Shown: positions 50,631-64,000 of the stretch, piece after piece
Numbering within the stretch: the stretch's first letter is position 1
How the letters are laid out: each line of letters opens with the position of its first letter
Notes under the pieces: model-generated
Told to the model about the DNA's origin: nothing
What the model saw: the letters and a program-made list of their open reading frames with translations, nothing else
The model's database searches: none
From: Octopus sinensis
Lineage: Eukaryota
Length of the DNA: 64,000 bases
Direction: 5' to 3'
Assembly (NCBI RefSeq): GCF_006345805.1
Contig: NC_043015.1
Location: 9,114,001 to 9,178,000 of the forward strand
Program-made: the position numbers and the translations under genes

Positions 50631-50660
50631 TGACGTTTCGAAAATATTTACTCATCAGAA
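50631..50660 (-). ncRNA. Hammerhead core remnant
   Basis: Minus strand CUGAUGA-GUAAAUAUUUUC-GAAA-CG-UC-A; stem I does not extend beyond one pair. Confidence 0.35.
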
Positions 50661-50767
50661 AGATGAAAGGACAAAAGTACATAGTAAAGGAAAGAAAGAT
50701 GAAAATGAATCACGGAAAAATATATTTATTTTCTTTGTCAGTGTAAACACAGGGAGAGAGAGAGAGG

Positions 50768-50798
<31 letters not shown>

Positions 50799-51626
50799 TG
50801 AGAGAAAGAGATATACACACAAATACATGTTTGTTTTTGTGTGAGTATGTGTGTGTTTCTCTGTGTAAGTATAGTTCTGCGAGCGTAAAAGCGTATGGTT
50901 TTGTGACATACTTATTTTATGAAAACAGACGAAATCTAGTTCGTTTGCAGTGATGAAGGGGTTAATGCAAGAGAGACGTGCCAAACTCAAGTATCGTCTT
51001 CATTAACACAAAGTAAATTATACTATGATATTAGTTCTCACACTTACAATTTGCTGACACAGACCATCATTAGCCTTCCGACTTTCAGCTACTTTATATT
51101 GCAGTATTCATATATTCTGCCATCTGTTTCATATCGTCATTATTTTACACAATGTAATATCCGTAAAAGAAAGAATTCAACGCATCTTAATATCAAAGTG
51201 GACAGATTCAATTTACTCCGAGAAAAATCTTACAAGTTATCAAAACATGTATTCACGAGGTTAATCACGTATGTTCTCCAACGTATGCAGGAAAGAAAAT
51301 GAAGAATGTATATTTACACACGTGGTTGCCTCCTACACACAGATACAGATATTCTCTGCGCAACATATGCACCGGAGTCCAAATATATAGACACAAACCT
51401 AAATCTTACTGCACGCGGCCAATTATTATCTATGCGCTTTCAAAACGTTCGAATCCGATGAGTATTGTTCTTAAATAACTCCTTCGCTGTTTGATTTCTT
51501 CTTTGTGTGTTTTCATATGTTGTCACTTAATACAAATACTGACCAAACCTATAAAAAGGTATATATATATGTGTGTTTATATAAATACGTATATACGTAT
51601 GTAAGTATATGCATATATGTATATAT

Positions 51627-51660
<34 letters not shown>

Positions 51661-52899
51661 ATACATATATATATAGATAGATAGATAGATATAGATTGAT
51701 AGATAGATAGATAAAGATATATATTGACATACATGTATATATGTATGTATGTGTGTGTTTGGGGTCGTGTTATCCTATTAAATTTCGTCAGTCTGTGTTT
51801 CAGTATATCCAAAGTATAATGGCTAACACCAGTAGAATATGAAAGGCAATCAATATATATATACGTGTGTGTGTGTGTGCGAGTGTGAATGCGTATGTGT
51901 ATATGAATATGTGTGTAGGTATATATATTTACATGTACTCACACATATTTGTATCTTTGAGTATTTACACAAATGCGTGTGTTACCAGTGCAACTATACT
52001 TTCTTGTCTGAAACCGTTAAAAATGCCATTCCAAACAGCTAATGATTGCTGATGCCCTGCAACATATAAATTGCCTTCGAACACTACCGTAAGCACATTG
52101 TGTTAACTTGGAAGTTGATGTTTGTTTTGAAACGAGCAGTTGTTTATTTTGCTTTGTTTTCTCTTGGTGTTTCGCATACGCATTGGTTTTCTTAAAGCAT
52201 ATAATTGGCAGAAGATAACAGCTGTCAAATAATCACTTTTTAGAAAACATTCCATCAGCAACTTCATTACTTCGTTCATATAGTGCACCAAAGCTCGTTA
52301 TTATCTTGCTTTAAACAACAATGGTTTTGAGTGGATATAAATGATTTGAAGAAGTAAATTGAGAGAAGGAAAGAAAATAAAACATCAATAGCAATCGACG
52401 AAGTAAAGAGGAGTACATAGTTTAAATGCGAATAAGAATATGAAGCAGCAAAAAAAAGAAGGTAAATAAATATGACGTAAATTACAGCAGGCTGTTCAAT
52501 GTATGCTGCATACCTGAATAAATTTACAAAGATACTGTAGAAAGCTTAGAGTCAATAGTATCTGTAGTGGCAATGAATGATTTCAGCTTTCAGCATCATT
52601 AATGTATTGTGATAAATGTTAGTGAGAATTTACGATGAGAAAAAATGCTGAAATCCCCCTGAGGATTTCATGGAGAGGTATCTAAATAATATAATCGAAT
52701 TCAAATATGTCAACTCGATGTCTTGCTGCTATAGGCGTTTCTGTGTATTAATATCGTGACATGATGAATTACCATGCTCCGTATGTAGGTCGATACAAAA
52801 TCCATTGTTACATTGGATTAACGTTTTGCAAAACTCTATATTGTGTTCTAAAATTTCAGGTCAGAATATACCATGATGCCAAAATATTGGTTTCAATTT

Positions 52900-53090
52900 T
52901 TTCTACAAAGCCAGCAATTTCAGGAGAGAGTAAGTCCATTACATCGAACTCAGAGCTAAACTGGTACTTATTTTATATACTCCGAGATGACGAAAAGCAA
53001 AATAATCTTGGTCGGAATTAAATCTTAGAACGTAAAGACGGGCAAAATGCGACTAAGCATGCTAACACTTCTGCTTTCTCTCCGCCTTAT
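52900..53090 (-). mobile_element. SINE family B, diverged
   Basis: cattacatcgaactcagagctaaactggtacttatttt...cggaattaaatcttagaacgtaaagacgg...ccgcctta. Confidence 0.7.
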
Positions 53091-54444
53091 AATGTCGATA
53101 TATTATAAACTTTATTTAACTTTTCAACTCTCCGTTTTTAATGAACCGCATCATAATTCATAAAATATTACTTACTTAAGTTTATAAGCTTAAACTTGAA
53201 ATATTGTATAAAAACACATTAGTTCCGAGATCAAAGAAATTACATTACCTTCAGACAATATGGCATTTTTCTACCGGTGGTATACAACATGGTAGTATGT
53301 TAGCTGTCAAGAAATGACAGAAAATTTGGGCCTGCAATATAGCACAGATTTTCGTTCATCACTACCGTACATACCTCAACAGAATTTAGAAAGTCACATA
53401 TTTTAAAGATATGGAGGAAATATTTCATTTGTAGCAAGGTAATGATATGTAGGTAGATATTACACACATACCAACCATGCGCATCATAATGTCACGCTTT
53501 ACACAACTCTGTTTTGCTCATCACAATTTCTTGGGTTCTTTTCTTTTTGTTGTGGTTAATATACACGTCTATACAATAATATCACACACACATATACACT
53601 AGCTATGCATCTCGTGGTTGCGGGGCAATCTTCACAATAAAATTGCTTTATTGAATTTTTTTCTATTTCCATATCTGTCCTTGTTTGTTCCCGAGGAATA
53701 GGCGCCTTGGTCAGTACAGCTATCTGTATATTTTGCAGCAAGTTATAACGTCTCGACAAACGAATTTTTTCGCGTATACATTTGGTGCATCGATTTACAT
53801 ATTTGTCTTGCTTCGCACTTTGAACATCCAACGTGAATCTGACTACTAAGGAAGCGTTTCTGTTCAAGATGTAAACCGGCAACCAAAAATATTTATCCTT
53901 GTTATGTGTTGATGGTCATAATAAATCTATGACTCAACAGAAGTTGAAGTCATTTGGACTGAAAGGAGATATCGTTTCATGAACCTGTGTGACAGAGACA
54001 CTTAGCGCTCAGCATCTAATCGATACATCGTGTGCTCGGATTTCTCTTGGGACTGTGCGACAGAGGTTTCTGTTTCCTTACCATGAAGTGTATTCCTTTT
54101 CTTTGTAAGTCTCCGGGGCTCGTTGATGAAGATTTATTCGGGTTTTTACACTCTATGGCCCCCATAACATTCTTAACAGACATGCATACACACACAGGGA
54201 AACACACCCATGTACCCATAAACACACAGATAAACATACTCAGCGTGACGGATGTATAAATATTAAAGAGGGACTAAAAGAGCAAATATAGGTAGTGAGT
54301 GGAAAAATTTACAATAAAAGAGCGTAAACGATAGGGGGTGATAGACTAGTACAGAAAGATACGTAGAAGCGCTCGTTTCCTGACTGAATTGCATTAGACA
54401 TTATGTCAAGACAGAAAGATATATATGTGTGTGTGTATGTGCGA

Positions 54445-54502
<58 letters not shown>

Positions 54503-55979
54503 TGTGTGTGTATACAAACTGTAGAAGCAGTATACGTAACCGATAAACATATATAGAAAATTAGAAAGAGTGATAAATATTGTACTAAATATGTGTAGGG
54601 AAGGGAAATTGTGAAATACAGAGAGACAGATTGAGTGATAAAGGGTGGTAGATGGACGTTCATAAAAAGCGGTATACGCTCACATATACAAACGTGTACG
54701 CAGGTGATCATGTGATTGAAATGACCTCTTGTAAACTCATTCAATGTGGCGATGTAGGAGTAGGGTTATTTCTCGACAAAATGCATGACACCTTTTAGAT
54801 TATAATATTTAATCCTACATTAGATATCAATGATATTTCTTTGAAGTAACATTTTGAAAACCTGAATATGGTTGTATAATATGAAATAAAATTTAACACT
54901 ACACAAAAGCATCACACGAAATATCTAATGATAAGTACATACGGAAATGGTCATTTACTTTCAGCTCTGTAGACAAGAGTGCATTTCAAATTTCGTAGGC
55001 AAATAAAATTCAATATCTTGTTGACTTTTCCTCTGAATAGGAATTTAAACTTAAAGTCCAACGTAATATTTTCTATGCCCTAATCCAATTCTATTTTAAG
55101 CTTGCACCTTTTCTTTGTCACTCGTTTTCATTGTAGGTTAATAATTTTTCAGGCCACTAAATATTTTCGTTCGCAAATTTCTTTGTATAAAAGATCAAAT
55201 GCACAAGAACATTCTCCGTGTTTCTCAGAAGTTCGTTTATATGAAGAACTATTTCAAATTTATTGATCTCTTGCTTACATCACATCCATTGATGGTATTT
55301 GCTAAAATGAGGCAGAAAAGAGTAATAATGAAAATATATGAAATCAATCGATAAATAAGGAAGGATGGATTTTGATGTGAATAAAAAGGGCATGATGGAA
55401 GTATTCGAGTAGAGATTATTGGATATGTGAGGCTGAAAGAAGTTTCCTACATGAAAAGGCTAAGAAGTTAATAGAAATCAGTTAGTAGTTAAATAACAGA
55501 AATATATGAAAGAAAACATTTCTTCCTTCTTTCAGATACTGTATTGCCGTTGTTACCTAGTCTTAAATAAAAGTATTTCCCAACGAGTAGAGCATTTCTT
55601 TGGTCTCACTGAGAAATGGCCTTATTGCATGATTTGTATCTATTCAATTAGAAGCACGCATATCTTTAAATATAGAGCAGATTAACATAGAGACCTCTGC
55701 GTTATTGACATGGTTGTTAGATGTCACTACACAAGAAAGCTGATACCTCTGACATATACTAAAGTGGTAAACATGCTCAGCTTCACCTAGTAAACAAACT
55801 ATGCGTATTGATTATATAGTGTAGGATTTTTAAAGATCGGATTTCACGATTATGTTTATCCGTTTATCTAGCACATGTGTAATCGATTTCCGTCCGAGTC
55901 GACGAAACCGCTTGCGAGTTTTCCAAAGACAAAAAGAAGAATATGAATGGTCTACTGAATAATGCATAATTTGTATATC

Positions 55980-56036
<57 letters not shown>

Positions 56037-56080
56037 TATTACTATTATTACTATTATTAAAATTATTATTATTATTATTA

Positions 56081-56136
<56 letters not shown>

Positions 56137-56258
56137 TATTACTATTATTACTATTATTATTATTATTATTATATTATTATTTATTATTATTATTATTTAT
56201 TATTATTATTATATTATTATATTATTATTATTATTATTATTATTATTGTTATTATTAT
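55980..56258. repeat. Long degenerate (TTA)n microsatellite
   Basis: Read directly from the sequence. Confidence 0.95.
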
Positions 56259-56594
56259 TAAGTGAGAGAGCAGAGTCCAAATTCCTCCATGGTCGAATTT
56301 GCCTCTCGTGTCGATAAAATGAATGCTAGTGAAGCAATCGAATGAACTTCTCTTGCAAAATTTCAGTTCAGAAACGATTATTATTGTTGTTGCTGTGTTT
56401 GCTGTTGTTCTTCTTGATATTATTATTTTTTTCCTTCTTTCTCCAAATTTTCTTCTGTTTCTCGCCGAGTGTTTTCCGTACACCTAGGGCAGAGAAGCTC
56501 ATTGTATGCATTCCCAGATTACACACGCAAATTCACAAGTAAATACGCATTTAAAAAATTGATGAATAAATAAATTCATGAATGGATGTTAATT

Positions 56595-58710
56595 TCACAG
56601 CGATAATGTTCTTCTCAATACATCAGCCGTTCCATTTAACACGATTTTCTGCACTTCCTGTAGTGATGGTAAGCCAGGTATCATTTTCAAATTGCTTCCA
56701 GTACCTTTATTTTATCATCCCTAGATATCCTGAAATCACTGGTACCGTAGACGCCTTCATATGCCACATTTCTTTCAATTTCTTTATATTTACTGATCTT
56801 GTCAAATTCTTTCGCCGCTATATTGTGATCGCAAGTAATACCTATGTCAATAAACACATCTTTTTTTCCTCATCTTTTATAATAATATCCGGTTTATTAG
56901 CTTTTATAGTTTTCTCGGTATGTATGCAGAAGTCGCATAGAATCGACACATTTTCTCCCTCAGTCAGCTTCAGGATGTTGCTTATACCATTTGTCAGCGG
57001 TTCTGATTTTATAAAGCCGACAAATTGTCCAGTGTAAATACTGGCAGACTCTGTCATGTCTTGCTTTATATTCTACAGGTGCTAACACTCTACACCCTGA
57101 GATTAGGTTGTCTCTAGTTTCAATCTCATCGTTACAGGTTCGGCATTTTGTGTCAGCTCCATTTTTTTATCATATTGGCTTCGTAGTTCCGGGTTAATAA
57201 GCATTGGTCTTGAGCAGCTAATATGAAACCTTCACTCTCCGCTTTTAGCCCTGAGCTTTGTAACCATCGGTGCGTGTGTTTTTGGTCGACATCAGCTTGT
57301 TTGCTACGGGCCACATGCTTGCCCTGCAGAGGTTCCTGTTCCTATCAGCTAGCTAATCTTTCATGTGCTTTTGTCTTTGCAATTTATTTTATTTTCTTAG
57401 CAGCAGTAGTTGGCGCACTTCCTTCAGCCTGATAATTCAGGTAGGTATCTAAGTGATCAGTAGCGAATTATTTGCTCTCTTTCAGAATAGAGTGAAGTTT
57501 TTTAGGTGTTTCATGTTTTTCAACAAGTTTTACCATCCAATCTTCAAGGTATTTGGCCAGTCCGATTGTGGTGGTTTTGTACGTAAGTTCAAGCTGTATC
57601 AAACCTCGACCTCCCTGAGCTCTGGGAAGGTAAAGACGAACGACGTCTGCCTTTGGATGGTTCATCTTATTACAAGTCAGGAGCTTGCGGATTTTTCTGT
57701 AAATTTTCATTATTTCACTTGCATTCCAGTTAAGCACATTGAAGCTATAAAGAACAACTGAGACAACTAAGGAATTTATGGCTAACACGTTATTATATGC
57801 ATTCAGCTCAGACTTCTATAACATTCCTTCTTAACCTTTTTTTTCATGATTGCATGCTGGATACCGGAGCCTTAATTTAGTCCTAGGCATTAATAGGTGT
57901 GATCCTGCTCAGGTTCCTTTATTACTGTTTCGACATGTAATTCGATTGAACTTGACTTTACCAATTTCCCTTTCTTAAAAGTGGCTTTGGCACACTTTTC
58001 AAGGTAAAAAATTATCCCGATATCATCACTGAATCCTTTCACAGTATGTAGTAGGCCTTCAAGCTCTTCATCATCTTTGCCATATAGTTTTAAATCCTCC
58101 ATATAAAATAGATGGCTTATTTTCCTGTTGTCAATTTTGTACCCATACCCTTTTCTATTCAATTTACCTGAGAGTGGTATTAGTGCTATGCAGAAAATTA
58201 GTGGTGAAAGTGAGTCAGCTTGGAAAATGCCACAGTTTAGTGCTAATATTGTTTGAGCGCAATACTCCATTAGAATGATATAATTGGAGATTCTTGATCC
58301 ATAGTGACATATATTTTAAAAAATCTGATATCACTGGAGAAATTATGAAAATGGCCAGCGATTTCAGAATCCACGAGTGTTGTATGCTTTGAAAGGCTTT
58401 GTTATCATCAATCCATGAGGAGCTTAGATTTCTGCGCTTGTTATGGCAATTCTCAAGGATCATTCGATTAATTAGGAACTGATCTTTACATCCGTATGAG
58501 CCTCGTCTCCATCCTTTTTGCTCAGTGAGAAAGATGTTATTCTTTCCCATAAACGTATATGTTTTCTCTAGTAGAATAGATGTCAATATATTATAGGTAG
58601 TAGACAAACATTTTATAGGCCGGTAGTTTCGGGGGCTTTCGTTCCGTTATTTTTGGGGAGGAGGTAAGTAATACCATTTGCCATCCAATGAAGAGTTTTT
58701 TCCGGGTCTT
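56595..58710 (-). mobile_element. R4/Dong-type non-LTR retrotransposon, 5'-truncated, about 2.1 kb (RT, zinc knuckle, REL endonuclease), frameshifted
   Basis: NYRPIKCLSTTYNILT; EQKGWRRGSYGCKDQ; GIFQADSLSPLIFC; HLFYMEDLKLY; RLYLPRAQGGRGL; LAAQDQ...KCRTC...ISGC...EYKARHD; ANKPDIIIKD; ends RTLSL* at 56595. Confidence 0.93.
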
Positions 58711-58889
58711 TCATAATACTATTAAATAGTATTACTAACATCTTGTGTGAGGACGAGAGTGATGAGAGCCAGAAATTTAGTACTCCATCAATACCTGGGG
58801 ATTTCCAATTATGAGCCTTTGTTAGTGCTCTCCTTAGGTCAGCGATTGAGAAGTCTCCCCATACCTGTTCTTGTAGTTTTTTTACATTT

Positions 58890-59180
<291 letters not shown>

Positions 59181-59952
59181 AGAAACTGCTGCTCCCTTTC
59201 TGGGAACTACGTTGCAATAGTGGTAATGTATGTAGCAGTCGCAAAAAATATCGTAGTAATAACTATTATGTTGTACAGGATTTGCTATACCTAATTAATA
59301 CGAATTGTTTGTGTACTAAAACAGAAAACATTCATAATTGCTATGGATCTGTTGTGTGTTCCACATTTGGCGAGATAATGTATTATTACATCGTTGCTAT
59401 TGTTATTCGTATAAAAAAATATGCTATGCTGAGATGTGACCTGCGTAGGAGATTTTTAGTAATGGAATGTCTCAATGGCTGCCTCAAACACGAATACGTG
59501 TAGAAATGGATTTGAAGTTAGCCATGATATTCATAATGTGCAACCAAATCCTAGCAATCAGATCTCAATTACTGACTCACAATCAGAATAGTGTATACAT
59601 AAAAGATAATGAGAAGGAAAAAATCGACACAATAAGGACAACGGAAAACATTGCAATTACCAGCAACGAGCAGAAGAGAAATAGTGTATATGTGAGAATG
59701 ATGCACCATGACCAGCAAGAGAATTCTGATAATAGAAGATGTTGTGAACAACACTTATTTATGCAACATATGCAAATGTAAGTAGGCGGATCATAAATGA
59801 AATAAAGGAATATACTCCGTATTCAACGGAATGCAATGAAGAGAATGCCACCATAATGCAATGCTTAAGATAAGTTGATGAAAAGGTTTTCAAGCCTTGA
59901 TTCAGATCCCTTAAGTTAAGGATACGTGGAAACCTACTTGCATTAAAATATC

Positions 59953-59992
<40 letters not shown>

Positions 59993-60320
59993 TTAAATGA
60001 ACTAAGACTTTAAAAAATCATATATGCCTGCAGGTCACTGATTTACTCTTGCTACTTCGTATTCATTCATCTAGCGTAATTTGTAGTTTATGAGCATAAA
60101 TATTTGTTATGAGTCCATATATTTCATCTTACATATCCTTGAACAGCTAGAACGATACTTCCACCATTTATTCGTTGTTTCTAATCATCCAGGAATCGCT
60201 CAGTAATTCTGCCGTATTTCTAAGACGCTGAAATGTAAATATTCTACTAGAAATCATTTATAAAAGCTGTATTCTGTGGATTCTTATTGACTGTTTTATA
60301 TTTACACAATCTTTTTAAAA

Positions 60321-60732
60321 TACTCTTTTTACTTTTTTACTTGTTTCAGTCATTCGACTGCGGCCATGCTGGAGCACCGCCTTTAGTCGAGCAAATCGAC
60401 CCCGGGACTTATTCTTTGTAAGCCCAGTACTTATTCTATCGGTCTCTTTTGCCGAACCGCTAGGTGACAGGGACGTAAACACACCAGCATTGGTTGTCAA
60501 GCAATGCTAGGGGGACAAATACAGACACACAAACACATATACACACGCATATATATATATATATATATATATACGACAGGCTTCTTTCAGTTTCCGTCTA
60601 CCAAATCCACTCACAAGGCATTGGTCGGCCCGAGGCTATAGTAGAAGACACTTGTCCAACATGCCATGCAGTGGGACTGAACCCGGAACCATGTAGTTGG
60701 TTAGCAAGCTACTTACCACACAGCCACTCCTG
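60321..60732 (-). mobile_element. SINE family A, near full-length, low divergence
   Basis: Tail, body and head closely match the family pattern. Confidence 0.95.
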
Positions 60733-62378
60733 TATATTAATTTGATTGTTCCTTTGTTTGGACTCAGCCTTCATTTCATCTTTATATTATTTTTTTAATT
60801 TTAAAATACGAATTTGTGTATGCATTCTCAAGAGCTCTTACAAATGTTTTATATATAAACACTCAGGTTGTTTGAAATTAATGTAACTAACTACTACCGG
60901 TGTTTCACAAATCTAAAAATGCATATTCATAACGGATGCTTTTAATCGTTCCATGATTCAAATCAGGAAATAATTGACAGGCTTATGCAACTGCATATGC
61001 ATTTGGGCACACTATCGACATTAAGACGATGGAATGTATATACCAAACAAATCTTGGGACAGATCATACGCAATATAGAAATGAGATAATGAACAATAAG
61101 CTATTCAAATGGCTCAAGTGATTTAAACATCCCGCACAGTAATCCTTAAGGGGAATCTTGATGAAAGCAAATTTAGAATATTTTAGGCTATTTAAGGAAA
61201 TTTGGGGGGATGAACATGTAAAAATTCGAAGTGGAAATTTACATAACATTTAGACAATAGACTTGCATCAGATTCCTCTCGATATAAGCTAAAACAATGT
61301 CTGGAAGATGCACAATGTGATAGTGCACCTTAGATATAAATCTGACGAAGTGCCACTCCAATATCTGAAACCGCAATGGTGTAAACTGACACCAGTTGTT
61401 TGCTTATACATTATCTCTGCCTATTATACACGCACATTTCTCAATGATAAATTATTTTTAGCTATTATGGCTAGGCAAGTTCAACACAACTTTCTGCTTA
61501 AGTCAATGTTGAAATCAGAGTTTTAGGAAGTAAGTCAATGTCTCCAGCACTTATTGTACATACCTACTATAATTTTATCTTAACGGTATATATATATGCA
61601 TAATAACTTCACTCAATATTTCTTAACATCTCGAATGAAACATATCTTAAGGTAAGTATCAGAGATACAGCTTATAATTGATGGTTCTTTAACGTACTTT
61701 CGTAATAGGTATATTTCTCATGAAATATAAAGAGCCGTACCAGATATATTATTTCTTACGCTGGAAATAACTGAAATTCTATTCTCCCTGCTTTCTTCTG
61801 TGTCTATTATACGTTGCAGTATGTTAATGGCCGTTGATATTCTCAAATAATGAATTTTAATTTTTGAAAGGTTAAATAAATTTGTAGCATCAACTTATTT
61901 TATTTAAACGATGGCTCTCATCAAATTACTATTATGGAAATTAAAATTTTGACAATCTTTAATGTCTATATTTTTTTATCATTTATTTCTAGATTTTATT
62001 ACAAATGTTCAGGTGTAATTAGCAATGAATGTCATGCATATAATATCATTATAAATCATTGCGTACATCATAAATACTATACCGCGCAATACGGATTCGC
62101 GTGGATTAGTGGTTATAGAATTATACTTATTGTAAGACTGTGGTTTCAATTCCGGTACCGGGCCACATATTGTGTTCTTGTACAAACCACTCCGTTGCAC
62201 ATGGGATATATGAGCATATGTTTCAGGAAGGATAATGGATCCACTTTCTTATAACAATTGTAAATTGGTTTTCTTAATCTTATGAATCGATTTTAGGCAA
62301 TCAGTCTCTCTCTTGAAACACAATCAGGACAAGCTAAAATTATTTTAGGTATTCGTTATTGGCACCTCTTTTTTGATA

Positions 62379-62580
62379 TCTCTTATATAAAATCCGTTCT
62401 GTGTACGTGTGTTTGTGTGTGTGTGAGTGTGTGTGTGTATGGCTTCTAGGATCCTGGGCATCCTCCATCCGATTGCGCTCAAATTGGATATGTAGACACC
62501 GACGGTGTCAGGGCGTGTACAAGTCTTGAAAATATTACAAAAATCGATCCCAGGTGAGAATACGATCGATAAAGCCGTGG
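62379..62580 (+). mobile_element. Putative non-autonomous Helitron-like 5' end
   Basis: TC-start tctcttatataaaa, then a (GT)n tract, then ctccatccgattgcgctcaaattgg; this layout recalls animal non-autonomous Helitrons. Confidence 0.4.
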
Positions 62581-63761
62581 GAAATCGTTTTACTTTGGAA
62601 TAGAAAAAATCTATCTTTATTTCTTCTTTTGCTGGTGTCTCAAATTTAGATTAAATCAGTGTTTCTCACAGGGGAGGCCTATGGTTCGGTCGGTCAAGTT
62701 GTTTTGAGTAAATTTTGTTGAAAGGTTTGACAACTCAGTACCGTCCATTGGACGGGGGACGTTTTGCTCGTAATTTTATATTTGCAGTTCTAATTAACTT
62801 TGATGTGATTTCATGAACTTTATTGCATAAATCAAAGAGAGAATTGTTTCCATTTTAGGCGTTCTACTTCTCGTTGTATTTATCGCATTTTACATTCGGT
62901 TCATGTTATAATTTTATGATATTCTTTCATGAAACTGCCGAAATGATAAAGCATCACAATCGTTATATTATCCTCAGGATCACTATTTTACAATGTCCAT
63001 GACCCAGGAAGGAAATAAATGTTTTATTAATATGTAAAAGGAGTTTTATAGAAATAAATGGAACAATAAAACAATCAACATTGAAGTAGACGTCAAGTTT
63101 TTCTCAGGTATAAGTATTGTCTACCTGATTTATGAAGCAATTATTGTATTGTGTTTCTATATGAAACAATTTTCATTGAAATAATGTATGTGTGTGTTTC
63201 TGTATATATATTCACACGCGTGCATTCGCACGCAGACACACACACGCACACACACACATAGACACACACCCACAGGTGGCATTCCTAAAGCACATCGGCA
63301 TTAAACTTCTGAGGGTGATCTACTGTATTAATATTACATTGCGTTGCATTTTTTTTAATTTTGTATTTGTCAGCATGACATATGAATAAAATTTTCAGTG
63401 AAGTAATCCTATCTTTAGAAATAAACATATATAATATATCATACGGACATGCATAAGCACATGCAAACACGCAAACAGTCACGTATATATAATCGTGCAT
63501 ATACTGGGTAAGTAATAATTATATTTTACACCCAAATCTACCAACGAACACATATTCTGTCGATTGTATCCAGCGTTGAAGCCCAAAAAACTCACACGAC
63601 AAAATCTTCTCTATATAGATCTATATATCAGAAGTTATTATTTTATGCTTCTATTTAGGATACGTGCAGTCACATGTGTTATTGATTAGTAACTTTCGCC
63701 CGTTTGTTATAAATTGGCATGGAGCTCTGAAGCAGAGAGCGCATAATATTATTTTCTACTC

Positions 63762-64000
63762 TAGGCACAATACCCGAAAGTTTTTGGGAGGGGCGCCAGT
63801 CGATTAAATATAACACAATACGTAACTGGTACTTAATTTAGCGACCCCGAAAGGATCAAAGGCAAAGCCGTACTCGGCGGAATTTGAACTCAGAACGTAA
63901 ATGCAGACTAAATACCTATTTCTATTTATTTACTACCCAAAAGGCGATAAACACAGAGAGGACAAACAAGGACAGACAAACGGATTAAGTCGATTATATC
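63762..64000 (-). mobile_element. SINE family B, partially dimeric, runs off the window end
   Basis: Body segment (cgaccccgaaagga...ggaatttgaactcagaacgtaa) joined to a 3' segment identical in type to the end of the 47152 copy. Confidence 0.85.

Noticed and set aside
59875-59905. TTGATGA-AAAGG...CCTT-GATTC hammerhead-like string
   Set aside because: GAAA is missing, U3 is not compensated (G8 retained), and there is no stem I.
60980-61530. Coding-looking stretch on the + strand
   Set aside because: Multiple stops in every frame and no recognisable motif or clear splice boundaries.

Overview
AT-rich eukaryotic non-coding DNA, very probably from an octopus genome (inferred from the dense tRNA-derived SINEs with (AAAAGAGT)n tails, the abundant (TA)n/(CA)n/(TTA)n microsatellites and the transposon mix). 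I found no intact protein-coding gene. Almost all listed ORFs come from microsatellites or low-complexity DNA; the exceptions are transposon fossils. Supportable content: about 18 SINE copies of three families, three R4/Dong-type LINE fragments (RT, CCHC and REL-endonuclease motifs), a 5'-truncated CR1-like LINE with a 9-bp TSD, a decayed hAT-like transposase (16.3-18.7 kb), a mariner-derived element made of two inverted left ends, Helitron-like ends, and several foldback/MITE palindromes. The main find is a set of Penelope-like/retrozyme-type repeats carrying type I hammerhead ribozyme motifs. One is a structurally complete hammerhead with a compensatory U3:A8 core at 9841-9882 (-), inside a tandem-plus-inverted repeat of about 730 bp. 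Two hammerhead-like motifs sit at the outer ends of a near-perfect 2.77-kb palindrome (3824-6591). Degenerate copies occur at about 19.6, 45.8 and 50.6 kb. A few isolated exon-like segments are reported at low confidence. All structures were read by eye; nothing was computed or searched.
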